A stretch of DNA of 57,378 nucleotides, from NCBI GenBank assembly GCA_964504365.1, contig CAZDDW010000001.1, positions 1 to 57,378 on the forward strand, given 5' to 3'. Position numbers and translations under genes: made by a program. The notes under the pieces are model-generated. The model searched no databases, had not been told where the DNA came from, and was given only the letters and a program-made list of their open reading frames with translations. Positions 36,426 to 46,702 of this stretch are shown here, piece after piece (within the stretch, counting starts at the first letter, position 1; every line of letters begins with the position of its first letter). This DNA is from an uncultured Gammaproteobacteria bacterium. Lineage in GTDB: Bacteria > Patescibacteriota > Patescibacteriia > UBA9934 > CAZDDW01.

Positions 36426-37991
36426 ATGAGACTTAGAGTTTTTTCTTTCTTTCTTTTTTTCTTCCTGGCTTTTTTTATTTTATCTCCCGCAGCCTTGGCC
36501 GTGGAAGAAGAGTGTGATTGCTGGTGTGGCAAAGAGGGTGTTGGGGCAGTGACCTTGGGAGATCAGCCAACACGGCTTGAGTGCGAACAGGCTTGTGAGG
36601 ACGATGGAAAAGATTATTTGATTTGCACTAATGAACGCAATGCCAAGCCGCCAGCTGACACGCGTTGTTGGACTGCAGAGGAGTGTGCTGATTATCCAGA
36701 CGCCACTTGGGGCGGAGCTGGAGGATATAATGATCCGCAACCAGCCTACTGCGTTGCCTCTCCAATAAAAGAACATTTATGTTATCCAGAACCAGCCACA
36801 GTGCCTTTGGCTGTTTTTATGGGTCCTCCAGGAGAACAGATCGAAGACGTAACTGATCTGGCCGATTATATCAACTCGCTTTACCGTTGGATGCTTTATT
36901 CCTCGATTATAATAGTAACCGTGATTGTTGCTGTTGGCGGGGTTCAATATATGATCGGTCAGCCAGACCAAGGAAAGGAGCGGATTCGAAATGCACTGAT
37001 CGGGTTAGTCATTCTCTATTCGGCGTACTTGATTCTAGCCACAGTCAATCCCGAGATTGTTAAACTCCAGATCCCGCGCTATCCGTTGATCAAACAAATA
37101 TTCTGGATTGATGATGACATCAACTGCGGCAAGCTCTATGATCTTGGCTACTATATTTACGCGCCAGACTCAGATACACTTTTTGATCCTACTTTGGCCG
37201 GACCTTCATTGGGCGGTGTGATTAGTGGGTCGACTATCAACCCTGGCTCGTGTGGCCAGAAAGGCGAGGTGCGTGAGAATATTGATGGGACCACCTCTAC
37301 AACAGAAGAGTGTTGGTGGACTCATTGTGGTAGAAGCTCTGATGACACCTGTATGTTTTCAGATCCTTCAGAGCCACCGCAGTGCACCAGTTGTCAAGAG
37401 GTTGGCTATGAGCCCGGAAACGCTATAACCACTCAGTTAACAGCTTCCCCAACGGTCTGTGATGCTTTTAATGCTGCATACGACAATGATCCAAAAGGAC
37501 GGTCTGGTAATCACAAGTTTTGTTTCTTTACCAACGATGCCAGTTTTCATCCTAGCGAAATCGGTGAGCACGTTGATATTATACAAAGAGGGCTTTGCGC
37601 TGAGCTGACAATAAACTGTGTCGGAATGCGATCGTGCACAGATTATGATAATGTCCGTTTGAAGAACCGTTTTGCATTTAACGATCCAAAGCTGGATAAC
37701 ATACATGGTCCTGATGGAGCTTTTGATGATAGTATTTGGAGTTATATTTGTGAAGAGGATGTTTGTACTGTTGATCCAAATTACGAAATAGAAGTACCTT
37801 TACCAGACGGAACAACTGTAAAACAGACTGAGTCTGAAAATTGTGTGGCTTTCGTAAACGAGTCTTTGCTGTTTGCTGGGGGAGCAGATCTGGCTCAGGG
37901 TTGGCACTGTCGTAATACAGGTTATGCCACTGGTGATTGTCGCGACGCGGAAGGCAACACATTATTCTGTACAGATAGCCCGGGTTATTAA
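36426..37991 (+). CDS. Cys-rich pilin-like protein, paralog of upstream gene
   Basis: Shared CDCWCG..DYLICTNER..CWT N-domain and YINSLYRW..SAYLILATVNP segment. Confidence 0.75.
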   Translation: MRLRVFSFFLFFFLAFFILSPAALAVEEECDCWCGKEGVGAVTLGDQPTRLECEQACEDDGKDYLICTNERNAKPPADTRCWTAEECADYPDATWGGAGGYNDPQPAYCVASPIKEHLCYPEPATVPLAVFMGPPGEQIEDVTDLADYINSLYRWMLYSSIIIVTVIVAVGGVQYMIGQPDQGKERIRNALIGLVILYSAYLILATVNPEIVKLQIPRYPLIKQIFWIDDDINCGKLYDLGYYIYAPDSDTLFDPTLAGPSLGGVISGSTINPGSCGQKGEVRENIDGTTSTTEECWWTHCGRSSDDTCMFSDPSEPPQCTSCQEVGYEPGNAITTQLTASPTVCDAFNAAYDNDPKGRSGNHKFCFFTNDASFHPSEIGEHVDIIQRGLCAELTINCVGMRSCTDYDNVRLKNRFAFNDPKLDNIHGPDGAFDDSIWSYICEEDVCTVDPNYEIEVPLPDGTTVKQTESENCVAFVNESLLFAGGADLAQGWHCRNTGYATGDCRDAEGNTLFCTDSPGY

Positions 37992-38062
37992 CCCGGTCTC
38001 TTGCCACATGAAACATAGTATGGTATGATCTCGAGCACTGTTGTATATAAGTGTTCAAGGTT

Positions 38063-40906
38063 ATGAAAGATGCCATACAAATCAGAGGTGCCCGAGTGCA
38101 CAACCTTAAAAATATTAACGCAGATATTCCCAAAGGAAAGCTGGTCGTAGTTACCGGTTTGTCAGGATCTGGGAAGTCTTCACTTGCTTTTGACACTGTC
38201 TATGCGGAGGGGCAGCGACGTTACATGGAGTCGCTATCGTCCTACGCCAGGCAGTTTTTAGAATTACAAGACAAGCCGGATGTTGATGAGATTCGCAACT
38301 TGTCGCCAACGATTGCTATTGATCAGAAATCTAGTTCACACAATCCGCGTTCGACCGTGGGTACAGTGACTGAGATCTATGATTACTTGCGAGTTTTGTT
38401 TGCCCGAGCTGGTCGACCACATTGTCCTGATTGCGGAGTCGAGGTTTCTGAGCAAACACGTGATTCAATTGCTGAGCAAGTTATGGCCATGGTTGCTGAT
38501 ACTAGTTTAGATCTGTTTGCCCCAATGGTGACTAATCAGAAAGGTGAACACAAACAAGTCCTGCTTGGTGCTGAGAGCGCTGGGTTCAAGGAGATTCGTT
38601 ATGATGGTTTGCTAATGGATACAGATGAGGCCACACGAATGCGTAAAGACAAGAACAAGATTCATTCGATTGATGTTTTGATGAGCCGTTTTACAAAAGC
38701 TGAGCCATTGACCAAGTTGCGCATGATGGATGTTCTGAAGCGAGCCTTGGATTATGGAAATGGTGTTGTTTTGGCTGTGCGTGAAGATACTGGTGACGAG
38801 ATTCTGTTATCTGAATCATACGCTTGTCCAAACTGTCACGTGAATTTACCAAAGCCTGAGCCACGCATGTTTAGTTTCAATTCGCCTTTTGGTGCTTGTA
38901 CTGAGTGTACAGGTTTGGGAGTTAAGTTGGTCTTGGAACCGGATTTGGTTATCCCAAACAAGCGCCTGACTTTCGCTGAAGGCGCGGTCAAACCATGGAC
39001 TCGTATCGCTGGAAATCAAACTAGTTATCTGAAAATGTTGGAGTTGGTTGGTAAGAAACATCGTTTTTCTGTGAACACGCCGGTGCAGAAGATCCCTAAA
39101 GCCAAATTAGAACTTGCTTTGTACGGAACAGGTGATGAGGTTTATAAATTTAATGGAACTGAAACAACTTATCCGGGAATTCTTGGTCAGCTTGAAGATA
39201 AATACAAGACCACAGATTCTGATTACGTTCGTGGCGAGCTAGAGACTTATATGCGGACCATGGTATGTACAGGATGTAAAGGACATCGTTTGAAACCAGA
39301 GGTATTAGCTGTGAAATTAGGTGATAAGAATATTGCTGATGCTGTGACCATGTCGATCGAGGACATGTCAGAGTTTTTTGATGTTTTGTTAAAGAAAGAA
39401 GACAAGAAAAAAAACACGGCTTTGAGCGAGGCTGAGACATTGATTATTGAGCGAGTGAAGAAAGAAGTTAATGCTCGGTTAAAGAACTTGCTCGATGTTG
39501 GTCTTGGATATTTGACCCTGGATCGTTCAGCCATGACTCTGTCTGGTGGTGAGGCTCAGCGTGTGCGTTTGAGTTCACAGTTGAATGCCAAATTGTCTGG
39601 TGTGATTTATATCTTGGACGAGCCTTCGATTGGTTTGCACCCGCGAGACAATGATCGTTTGATTGAAACAATTAAAGCTTTGCGTGATATCGGAAACACG
39701 GTAATTGTTGTTGAGCATGATGAAGCCATGATGGATGCAGCTGATCACGTGATCGACGTTGGTCCAGGTGCTGGTGAGTATGGTGGTGAGATTATTGCTG
39801 CTGGCACATCAGCCATGTTAAAGAAAAATAAAGATTCATTAACTGGTCAGTATTTGTCTGGGCAGAAAAAGATTGAACTACCAAAGAAATATCGCAAAGG
39901 ATCAAACAAAAAAATTACAATTCATGGTGCCAAAGCTTTTAACCTACAAGACATTGATGTTGAGATTCCGCTAAGCAAGTTGGTTTGTGTTACTGGTGTG
40001 TCTGGTTCAGGTAAGTCAACTTTGATCTTGGATATTCTTGGCAAGGCTTTGAGCAAGAAATTTTATCGAGCTAAGGCTTTCCCGGCTGAACACGACAAGA
40101 TCAAGGGAATTGAGAATATCGACAAGGTCGTGGCTGTAGACCAGTCACCGATTGGTCGCACCCCGCGATCTAATCCAGCTACTTACACTGGTGTGTTCAC
40201 AACTATTCGTGATTTGTACGCCTCGCAGCCTGAGGCTAAGATGCGCGCCTTTGATGCTGGTAAATTTAGTTTTAATGTGAAAGGTGGCGGACGTTGTGAG
40301 GGTTGTGGTGGTGATGGAATGAAGCGGATTGAAATGCAGTTCATGCCTGATGTGTACGTTGAGTGTTCTGAATGTAAAGGGAAGCGCTATAATCACGAGG
40401 CTTTGGAGGTTTATTACAAAGGTAAGAATATTGCTGACGTGTTAGATATGACGGTTGAAGAAGCCCGACGATTCTTTGCTAGTCATCAGTTGATTTTTGA
40501 CAAATTGAACGTACTCCACGAGGTCGGACTTGGTTACATCAAGCTAGGTCAGCCGGCAACTACTTTGTCTGGTGGTGAAGCCCAGCGCGTGAAACTAGCT
40601 ACAGAACTTGGTCGTCGTGCTACTGGTCGAACGTTGTATATCCTAGACGAGCCAACAACCGGTTTGCACTTCGAAGATATTAAGCGCTTGCTGGGCGTGC
40701 TGCATTTGTTGGTTGATAAAGGAAACACCGTCTTGATCATCGAACACAATCTGGATGTGATCAAGCAAGCTGACTGGATTATTGATATGGGACCTGAGGG
40801 TGGAAGTAAAGGTGGGGTTGTTGTGGCTGAAGGAACTCCGAAAGAAGTGGCTAGGAAAACAAAGGCCAGCTACACAGCCCGGTATTTGAAAGATGTTTTG
40901 AAATAA
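38063..40906 (+). CDS. uvrA: excinuclease ABC subunit UvrA
   Basis: GARVHNLKN, GLSGSGKSS, two LSGGEAQR signatures, zinc fingers. Confidence 0.98.
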   Translation: MKDAIQIRGARVHNLKNINADIPKGKLVVVTGLSGSGKSSLAFDTVYAEGQRRYMESLSSYARQFLELQDKPDVDEIRNLSPTIAIDQKSSSHNPRSTVGTVTEIYDYLRVLFARAGRPHCPDCGVEVSEQTRDSIAEQVMAMVADTSLDLFAPMVTNQKGEHKQVLLGAESAGFKEIRYDGLLMDTDEATRMRKDKNKIHSIDVLMSRFTKAEPLTKLRMMDVLKRALDYGNGVVLAVREDTGDEILLSESYACPNCHVNLPKPEPRMFSFNSPFGACTECTGLGVKLVLEPDLVIPNKRLTFAEGAVKPWTRIAGNQTSYLKMLELVGKKHRFSVNTPVQKIPKAKLELALYGTGDEVYKFNGTETTYPGILGQLEDKYKTTDSDYVRGELETYMRTMVCTGCKGHRLKPEVLAVKLGDKNIADAVTMSIEDMSEFFDVLLKKEDKKKNTALSEAETLIIERVKKEVNARLKNLLDVGLGYLTLDRSAMTLSGGEAQRVRLSSQLNAKLSGVIYILDEPSIGLHPRDNDRLIETIKALRDIGNTVIVVEHDEAMMDAADHVIDVGPGAGEYGGEIIAAGTSAMLKKNKDSLTGQYLSGQKKIELPKKYRKGSNKKITIHGAKAFNLQDIDVEIPLSKLVCVTGVSGSGKSTLILDILGKALSKKFYRAKAFPAEHDKIKGIENIDKVVAVDQSPIGRTPRSNPATYTGVFTTIRDLYASQPEAKMRAFDAGKFSFNVKGGGRCEGCGGDGMKRIEMQFMPDVYVECSECKGKRYNHEALEVYYKGKNIADVLDMTVEEARRFFASHQLIFDKLNVLHEVGLGYIKLGQPATTLSGGEAQRVKLATELGRRATGRTLYILDEPTTGLHFEDIKRLLGVLHLLVDKGNTVLIIEHNLDVIKQADWIIDMGPEGGSKGGVVVAEGTPKEVARKTKASYTARYLKDVLK

Positions 40907-40955
40907 AAAACCGAACCTTTCGATTCGGTGTAGGGCGGATCTGCGGATCCGTCTT

Positions 40956-41303
40956 TTACGTTACGTTGGCAGTCATGTGGTGAGCTATTGCTGCGGCGTT
41001 GGCAAATGCAGCCAGAACCATGAAGACCAGGGTGCTCAGGCCAAGGCCGATCATTGAGCGGCGCAGCCAGTTGCTGAACAGATGCTCAGAGTTTTCGACG
41101 AATTCATGGGTAGCGACTGCACCGAAGACGCATGTCAGCATTCCGATTGCGGTGCCAAGAACCCACCAGTCACTGTGGAAGTAGACCATGGTGATCGACA
41201 GGCAGGTCAGAACGATTCCACTCAAACAGCCAAGCAGGCCATATCGGAGTTGTTGCCAGCTCTTTTGACGCCACTGCTTTTTGGTAAGAGGTTGCTGTCT
41301 CAT
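40956..41303 (-). CDS. membrane protein (3 TM)
   Basis: SD AAGGAG; hydrophobic segments. Confidence 0.65.
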   Translation of the reverse strand: MRQQPLTKKQWRQKSWQQLRYGLLGCLSGIVLTCLSITMVYFHSDWWVLGTAIGMLTCVFGAVATHEFVENSEHLFSNWLRRSMIGLGLSTLVFMVLAAFANAAAIAHHMTANVT

Positions 41304-41432
41304 CAGGTCAGACTCCTTTGATTTAAGTGCATTACAAGGTACATTTTGTCTATTGACTGTATAACATAATCCATGGTAAGACAACAGTCAAGTGGATTTG
41401 ACTAAAATAAGCTAAATATGCAGGTTTTAAGC

Positions 41433-41461
41433 TTGACAAAAGCGCTAAAATATGCTATTAT
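41433..41461 (+). promoter_or_regulatory. sigma70 promoter
   Basis: TTGACA-17 nt-TATTAT with extended -10 TG. Confidence 0.7.
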
Positions 41462-41521
41462 AGCAAGTCTTGTAATGACAAATATTGTTTAAAAATAATC
41501 TAAAATAAGAGAAAATATATT

Positions 41522-43180
41522 ATGTCTAAGTCAATTATTTCAGCAGTTGTAAGCTTTGCCATGGTCGCTTTAAGCGTTCCTGCTTTGGCTGCAATTGTTT
41601 CCGATTCTGTGCCAGCCTCAAATGCTTGGCACTATGACGGTTATCGTGTTGAACGATTGAACTTTGATGCCGGAGTCGACGGTCCAATTTCAATCGGTGA
41701 GCACGTGCTTGTAGCCGTGCCTACCGGTGACACTAATTATCGTGACGTATACTTTTTGCGCAACGGTGGTTACGTTAAGGTCGAGGATGTTCCTGACTAC
41801 GTAATTTCTGAAGCCAACTATACTGCTAACGATGATCGTTTTGTTTGGGCTGAGCAGGTTGAGTCAGATTCATATTACTATGATCTGATCGAGCTTGATC
41901 CTACAACCGGTGAAAAAGTTACCTTGCTTAGCGACAAGCACTTTAACGGTGCTGAGTCTGTTGCTGTGCACGTAACTGGTGATGATTATTACTTCACCTC
42001 AACCATTAACTTTAACGACCGCACCACTTCACGTGATGCTGAGGTCTATTGGTATGACCCATTAGAGCGTGCTCCAATGGTGATTGAAAAGTTTAATGGA
42101 TTTTTGAATGAGCAGATGCTTGATGCTAATGAAGGTGCTTTGCTAACCAAGGTTACCTTTGAAGGCGGTGAGGAACAGTTGTGGATCCATGATGGAGATG
42201 ATATGTGGGCCATTCCTGATTCTTGGACAGTGTCTCATGAAAATATTGAGTCAGCTCACTATCTGAGTAATGGTAACGTTGAGTTTTTCCGCATGTATGA
42301 GCGTTTCGTATATGATGTAGAAACCAACACTACTACTGCCACAGGTGATTACTTGAGCTGGAACCATGACCTAGCCGGTGCTGTTAAACTGGTTGATCAT
42401 AATATGGTTTGGTTGAACCCTGACGCTGAGCTGAATCTGTCTACCACTGGTGAGGCAGTTGAGTTAGGTGATATTGGTTCAACTGGTATGTTCCGTCTTG
42501 AGTCTGATCGTTTGTTCTATGACGCTGATGGAACTGGTGTAATTTATGACCTGGCTTCTGGTCAGGAAACAGAGTTAGACTTTGTTGCCACTGATGCTGT
42601 TGATGACGTAATCGTTGGAACAAATGAAGCTGGTGATGTGATCTATTACAACACTGAGCATGGGTTGCTCCAGACCGTAGGGTTTGGTGGAACTCCTCTG
42701 ATTAGTGATGAGACTCACGTTTACTGGATTGGTTCTGATGAGAACATCTATGAGGCTACTATCGACCCAGAGGTATTGACCGGTGAAATTACTTCCGGTG
42801 CAGTAAAGACTGCTGACAGCAATACTGTATATCTGGTTGAGGGTAAGAATTTGTACACTATTCCAAATGAGAAGGTGTTCTATTCTCACTTTGATAGCTT
42901 TAGTGAAATTCAGACCGTGACTTATGCCAAGCTTAGTGAGTATGCTGATGCTGGTGAAGCACGATTAGCGATTGGTACTCGTGTCAAGCTGGAGAACGAT
43001 CCTAAGGTGTACACTGTCGGACACGACGGTAAGTTGCACTGGATCATTTCTCAGGCCGTTGCCTATAACGTATATGGTAACGACTGGAACCAGGATATTA
43101 TCGAGATTAACTTGATGGACCTGGTCGACTACAGCTTTGGTACGTATATTACTAGTGAAGCTGACGCTGAGCTGATCTAA
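41522..43180 (+). CDS. secreted beta-rich protein with duplicated C-terminal VK...VY module
   Basis: Signal peptide; VKTADSNTVYLV and VKLENDPKVYTV repeats as seen in Parcubacteria surface proteins. Confidence 0.75.
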   Translation: MSKSIISAVVSFAMVALSVPALAAIVSDSVPASNAWHYDGYRVERLNFDAGVDGPISIGEHVLVAVPTGDTNYRDVYFLRNGGYVKVEDVPDYVISEANYTANDDRFVWAEQVESDSYYYDLIELDPTTGEKVTLLSDKHFNGAESVAVHVTGDDYYFTSTINFNDRTTSRDAEVYWYDPLERAPMVIEKFNGFLNEQMLDANEGALLTKVTFEGGEEQLWIHDGDDMWAIPDSWTVSHENIESAHYLSNGNVEFFRMYERFVYDVETNTTTATGDYLSWNHDLAGAVKLVDHNMVWLNPDAELNLSTTGEAVELGDIGSTGMFRLESDRLFYDADGTGVIYDLASGQETELDFVATDAVDDVIVGTNEAGDVIYYNTEHGLLQTVGFGGTPLISDETHVYWIGSDENIYEATIDPEVLTGEITSGAVKTADSNTVYLVEGKNLYTIPNEKVFYSHFDSFSEIQTVTYAKLSEYADAGEARLAIGTRVKLENDPKVYTVGHDGKLHWIISQAVAYNVYGNDWNQDIIEINLMDLVDYSFGTYITSEADAELI

Positions 43181-43194
43181 ACATTAGAAATTTA

Positions 43195-43222
43195 AAAGGC
43201 ACGGGCGTAAGCTCGTGCCTTT
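43195..43222. terminator. bidirectional terminator
   Basis: aaaggcacggg-cgtaag-ctcgtgccttt. Confidence 0.7.
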
Positions 43223-43232
43223 TGGTTTGGAT

Positions 43233-43901
43233 TTATTTGACCCAAGTCTCTTTTAGTTTTCGTTTGAAGCGGCGCTTCAGGTTTCTGAGATAGGTCAACT
43301 GTGCACGTCGGACCTTAGCGATCTTTACCACTTCGATCTTCTGTACGTTTGGTGAAGCCAGTGGGAAAACCTTTTCAACGCCGTGACCACCTTTACTAAT
43401 CTTGCGTACGGTCATGGTCTTTTTGTTTCCAGCACCACTGATTCCGAGAACAATTCCTTCAAATACCTGTGTTCGTTCTCGTTTATCACCCTTTGGAGTG
43501 ATGTCAACGATTCGTTCATGAACACGGATGGTCATACCAGCTTGAACGTCCTCAGCACCCATCATCTTACCTTTGTGACCAGAGGTGTCCTGCATTTCTG
43601 CAGCAATTGGTGAAGGTGGTTCTGGAGCAGGCTCTGGTTTTGCTTCAGGCTCAGCTTCTACTTCTGCCGGAGTTTCTTCAGCAGGCTTTTCCTCTGCAGG
43701 AGCCGCTTCTTCGGTCTTGGGCTCTGGAGCCGTTTCCTCAGCTGGAGTTTCTTCTGCTTTCTCTTCTGGTTTTTCTTCAGCCTTGTCCTCAGCTGGCTGT
43801 TCCTCAGTCTTAGTTTCCTCAACAGATTCTTCTTTGGTTTCAGGTTCCTTTACTTCAGGCTCCTGTGAGTCATCTTGAGTTTTCTTGTCATCGTCAGACA
43901 T
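43233..43901 (-). CDS. rplS: 50S ribosomal protein L19 with long acidic N-terminal extension
   Basis: G.TIRVHERI...RTQVFEGIVL, VRKIS..GVEKVFPL.SP, VRRAQLTYLR. Confidence 0.93.
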   Translation of the reverse strand: MSDDDKKTQDDSQEPEVKEPETKEESVEETKTEEQPAEDKAEEKPEEKAEETPAEETAPEPKTEEAAPAEEKPAEETPAEVEAEPEAKPEPAPEPPSPIAAEMQDTSGHKGKMMGAEDVQAGMTIRVHERIVDITPKGDKRERTQVFEGIVLGISGAGNKKTMTVRKISKGGHGVEKVFPLASPNVQKIEVVKIAKVRRAQLTYLRNLKRRFKRKLKETWVK

Positions 43902-44044
43902 ATAAATGTGTTTAATTCAGCCTGCCCGCCGAAATCTTGATGGAGGCGGGTGGTCGGAAGTGTAACAAATTGGCTTATTTTGGTCAAGAGCTGAATAAAA
44001 CACACCGGATTTAGACCGGTGTGGAATGTCAGGATAAGCTTGTT

Positions 44045-44602
44045 CTAAGCCGATTCGATAATCTTGCGGACTTCAGCCACGGTTTGATCAATCTGGCCTT
44101 CGTTGTTGACCACGGTGTGGGTACATTCAGGAGCAAAAGTCATCTCAGCTTCTAGTTCGCTCCGGCGACGCTCTAGGTCGGCTGCTTCGATTTTGCCTCT
44201 GCTAAGCAGGCGCTTGGCTAGGTTTTCGGCTGAGTCAGCGGTAAGGAAGATTGTGGTCGCGTCTGGTCGTTTCTCGCCGACCGTCTTGGCGCCCTGGACG
44301 TCGATGACCGCGAGCACGTTTTTGCCTGAAGCCAGCAGAGCCTCGACTTCAGCCGTAGAGTTTCCATAGAACTGGCCGTAGACCTCAGCATGCTCGAAAA
44401 GTTCACCAGCAGTGATCATTTGTTCAAACGTGGCACGGTCAACAAAATGGTAGTCAACGTCATTGACCTCATTGGGTCGCATCTCGCGAGTGGTAATCGT
44501 AACCAACCTGACGAGATTGGGCATCTCGGCCAGAAGTCGTTCAGCGATAGTGGTTTTACCAACTCCTGATGGGCCAGTGATAACAAATAGTTTTCCAGTC
44601 AT
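44045..44602 (-). CDS. gmk: guanylate kinase
   Basis: GPSGVGKTT, TTREMRPNEVNDVDYHFV, IDVQGA. Confidence 0.95.
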   Translation of the reverse strand: MTGKLFVITGPSGVGKTTIAERLLAEMPNLVRLVTITTREMRPNEVNDVDYHFVDRATFEQMITAGELFEHAEVYGQFYGNSTAEVEALLASGKNVLAVIDVQGAKTVGEKRPDATTIFLTADSAENLAKRLLSRGKIEAADLERRRSELEAEMTFAPECTHTVVNNEGQIDQTVAEVRKIIESA

Positions 44603-44611
44603 ACGTTCCTC

Positions 44612-45541
44612 CTACGATAATTTTGTTAGTAGTTGTTCGAGTTGTTCTGGCAGCGGCGCCTCGAACGTCTGTATTTCACCATTTGGCAGCTTGATCGTCA
44701 ACTTGGCTGCGTGCAAGAACAAACGATCTAGTTCAATCGGGCGGATGTTGGTCATGACCCTCTTTTTGTACAACGGGTCACCAACGATCGGATGGTCGTA
44801 AGCCAACATGTGCGCTCGGATCTGGTGAGTGCGTCCGGTTTTAATCTGGACTTTCAATAATGTGGTCGTTGCGTATCGTTGGACAACATCAAATGTAGTT
44901 ATTGCTTCCTTGCCTTCCTCAGACTCTTCCGGCTTAGCCACCATCTTGCCAGATCGTTTTGAGCGTCCAATACGAAAATTAATCTCACCAGCATCCTGAT
45001 CGATCTTACCATAGACTAGAGCAGTGTATTCTTTCTTGGCTGCACGGGTTGCAAACTGCTGTTTCAAATGTTCGAAAGCTTCTTGACTCTTCGCTACAAC
45101 CAAGACACCAGAAGCATTCTTGTCCAAGCGGTGTACGATGCCGGGTCGTTCCTCAGGATCATCTCCAACACCGGCGATTCCAGGATCATGTTTAAGCAAT
45201 GCATCAACAAGTGTGGGTGAAGTGTCCTCGGGCATGGTTCTGTGAACCAGCAGGTCGGACGGCTTGTTGACTACAAGTGTATCAGAATTTTCGTAGACAA
45301 CATCCAGATCGACGTGCGACGCGCCACGTGCGACGTGCTCCTCTTGATTCTGGTCCACCTCAACCAGATCACCATCAATCACCTTCACACTCGGCTTAAG
45401 CACCTCTTCACTATTTACCTTGACCAGCCCACCCTTAACCAACTTCTGTGCTTGTGAGCGTGAAATTCCCAGCTGTTCAGCCAAAAAAACACCTAGTCGT
45501 AAGTTGTCCTCTGTATCTGTTGCTGTAAATTGTTGTATCAT
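44612..45541 (-). CDS. RluA family pseudouridine synthase (RluD-like, with S4 domain)
   Basis: RPGIVHRLDKNASG, TGRTHQIRAH, PIVGD..Y. Confidence 0.95.
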   Translation of the reverse strand: MIQQFTATDTEDNLRLGVFLAEQLGISRSQAQKLVKGGLVKVNSEEVLKPSVKVIDGDLVEVDQNQEEHVARGASHVDLDVVYENSDTLVVNKPSDLLVHRTMPEDTSPTLVDALLKHDPGIAGVGDDPEERPGIVHRLDKNASGVLVVAKSQEAFEHLKQQFATRAAKKEYTALVYGKIDQDAGEINFRIGRSKRSGKMVAKPEESEEGKEAITTFDVVQRYATTTLLKVQIKTGRTHQIRAHMLAYDHPIVGDPLYKKRVMTNIRPIELDRLFLHAAKLTIKLPNGEIQTFEAPLPEQLEQLLTKLS

Positions 45542-45608
45542 ATGATTGCTTGACCTTGGGCCTGAATGTTGATAGTGTACCAGAACCCAGCAAGTTTGAT
45601 AATATCAT

Positions 45609-45684
45609 GGGTCGGTAGCTCAACGGTTAGAGCGCCGAGCTTATACCTCGGTGGTTGGAGGTTCGATTCCTCCCCGACCTACCA
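45609..45684 (+). tRNA. tRNA-Ile(UAU)
   Basis: Anticodon arm ccgag-ctTATac-ctcgg; canonical D and T arms; A73; encoded CCA. Confidence 0.92.
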
Positions 45685-45697
45685 AAAAGACATATTT

Positions 45698-46126
45698 ATG
45701 GACATGCAAATTTTTACTTGGTTTTTAACAATTCTCTGGTTCCTGTTTTATTGGGTTTTTGGAGGAGTGTTTTTTACGGTTATTGCCGTAATCAGATTGG
45801 GGCGCATTAAAAAAGCGCGCTTTTCTTGTTTGTATACAATTTTGTCTGCGTTTGGTGGATATGCCGCTGCTCTGCTTGGGGTTTACTGGGCAGAGGATTC
45901 GATCAATCGATGTTTGGCTCAGGCCACGGATATGACTGAGCAGTTTGCTGCTGTGTTTGCTTGTGGAATTGTTGGGATTTTGTCAGCCATGTTGATCGTT
46001 GCCGCGTTCTTGGTTTTTGGTGGATTCATAATGATGCGTTTGTCTAGATCAAAAGAACCACGTTGGTTTGATAAACCTGATGATGTGATAGAACATGAGT
46101 ACGAAGATGAGTTTGGTGAAGAATAG
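45698..46126 (+). CDS. membrane protein
   Basis: Three hydrophobic segments, acidic tail. Confidence 0.7.
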   Translation: MDMQIFTWFLTILWFLFYWVFGGVFFTVIAVIRLGRIKKARFSCLYTILSAFGGYAAALLGVYWAEDSINRCLAQATDMTEQFAAVFACGIVGILSAMLIVAAFLVFGGFIMMRLSRSKEPRWFDKPDDVIEHEYEDEFGEE

Positions 46127-46162
46127 ATAAAAAGAAAAGATCCCGCTGTTGGCGGGATTTTG

Positions 46163-46702
46163 CTATCTGCCCTGACTGTTCAAGGCAACGAAGATGCGAC
46201 GCAGGCGTTCCGTACCATTGTCTAGCCAGTAAGCCGTTTGCCAGCGTATGTAAACGCTGGCTCCAGCCATGGCAAGATTGAATACAGTCACGGCCCGCAA
46301 AAGATCATCTAGGTTTTCGTGTTGAGTAACCTGATAAACGTTGATCATGATCAGGTTGAACACCAGGTAAGCGATTCCGAGGACGATCAAGGCCCAGTTC
46401 GGCCAATAGTGTTTTTTCGAAAGCGCTTCCAGTTCGACCCTGGCTTCACTCAACAGAGACATGCGCTCAGCCTGATTAGTCTCGATCAATTGTTTTGCCC
46501 AGCTGATGAACCGGGCCTTTTCGTTCCGATCACAGTAGCGGATAATTCGATCCCATGAGCCGACTTCAGCCAGATGTACCAGTGAATTCATGTGCTTCAT
46601 AGGAACCACCATGCGTCTTTGTTGAAAGACGCAATGGAACACCTCGATAACAAAGGCGCTGCCGAAAATTGCTAGGTAAATGGCCAGGGTTGTTTCATGC
46701 AT
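46163..46702 (-). CDS. membrane protein, paralog of 46702-47241
   Basis: TM - helical W(D/Q)..I..C segment - two TMs. Confidence 0.7.
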   Translation of the reverse strand: MHETTLAIYLAIFGSAFVIEVFHCVFQQRRMVVPMKHMNSLVHLAEVGSWDRIIRYCDRNEKARFISWAKQLIETNQAERMSLLSEARVELEALSKKHYWPNWALIVLGIAYLVFNLIMINVYQVTQHENLDDLLRAVTVFNLAMAGASVYIRWQTAYWLDNGTERLRRIFVALNSQGR

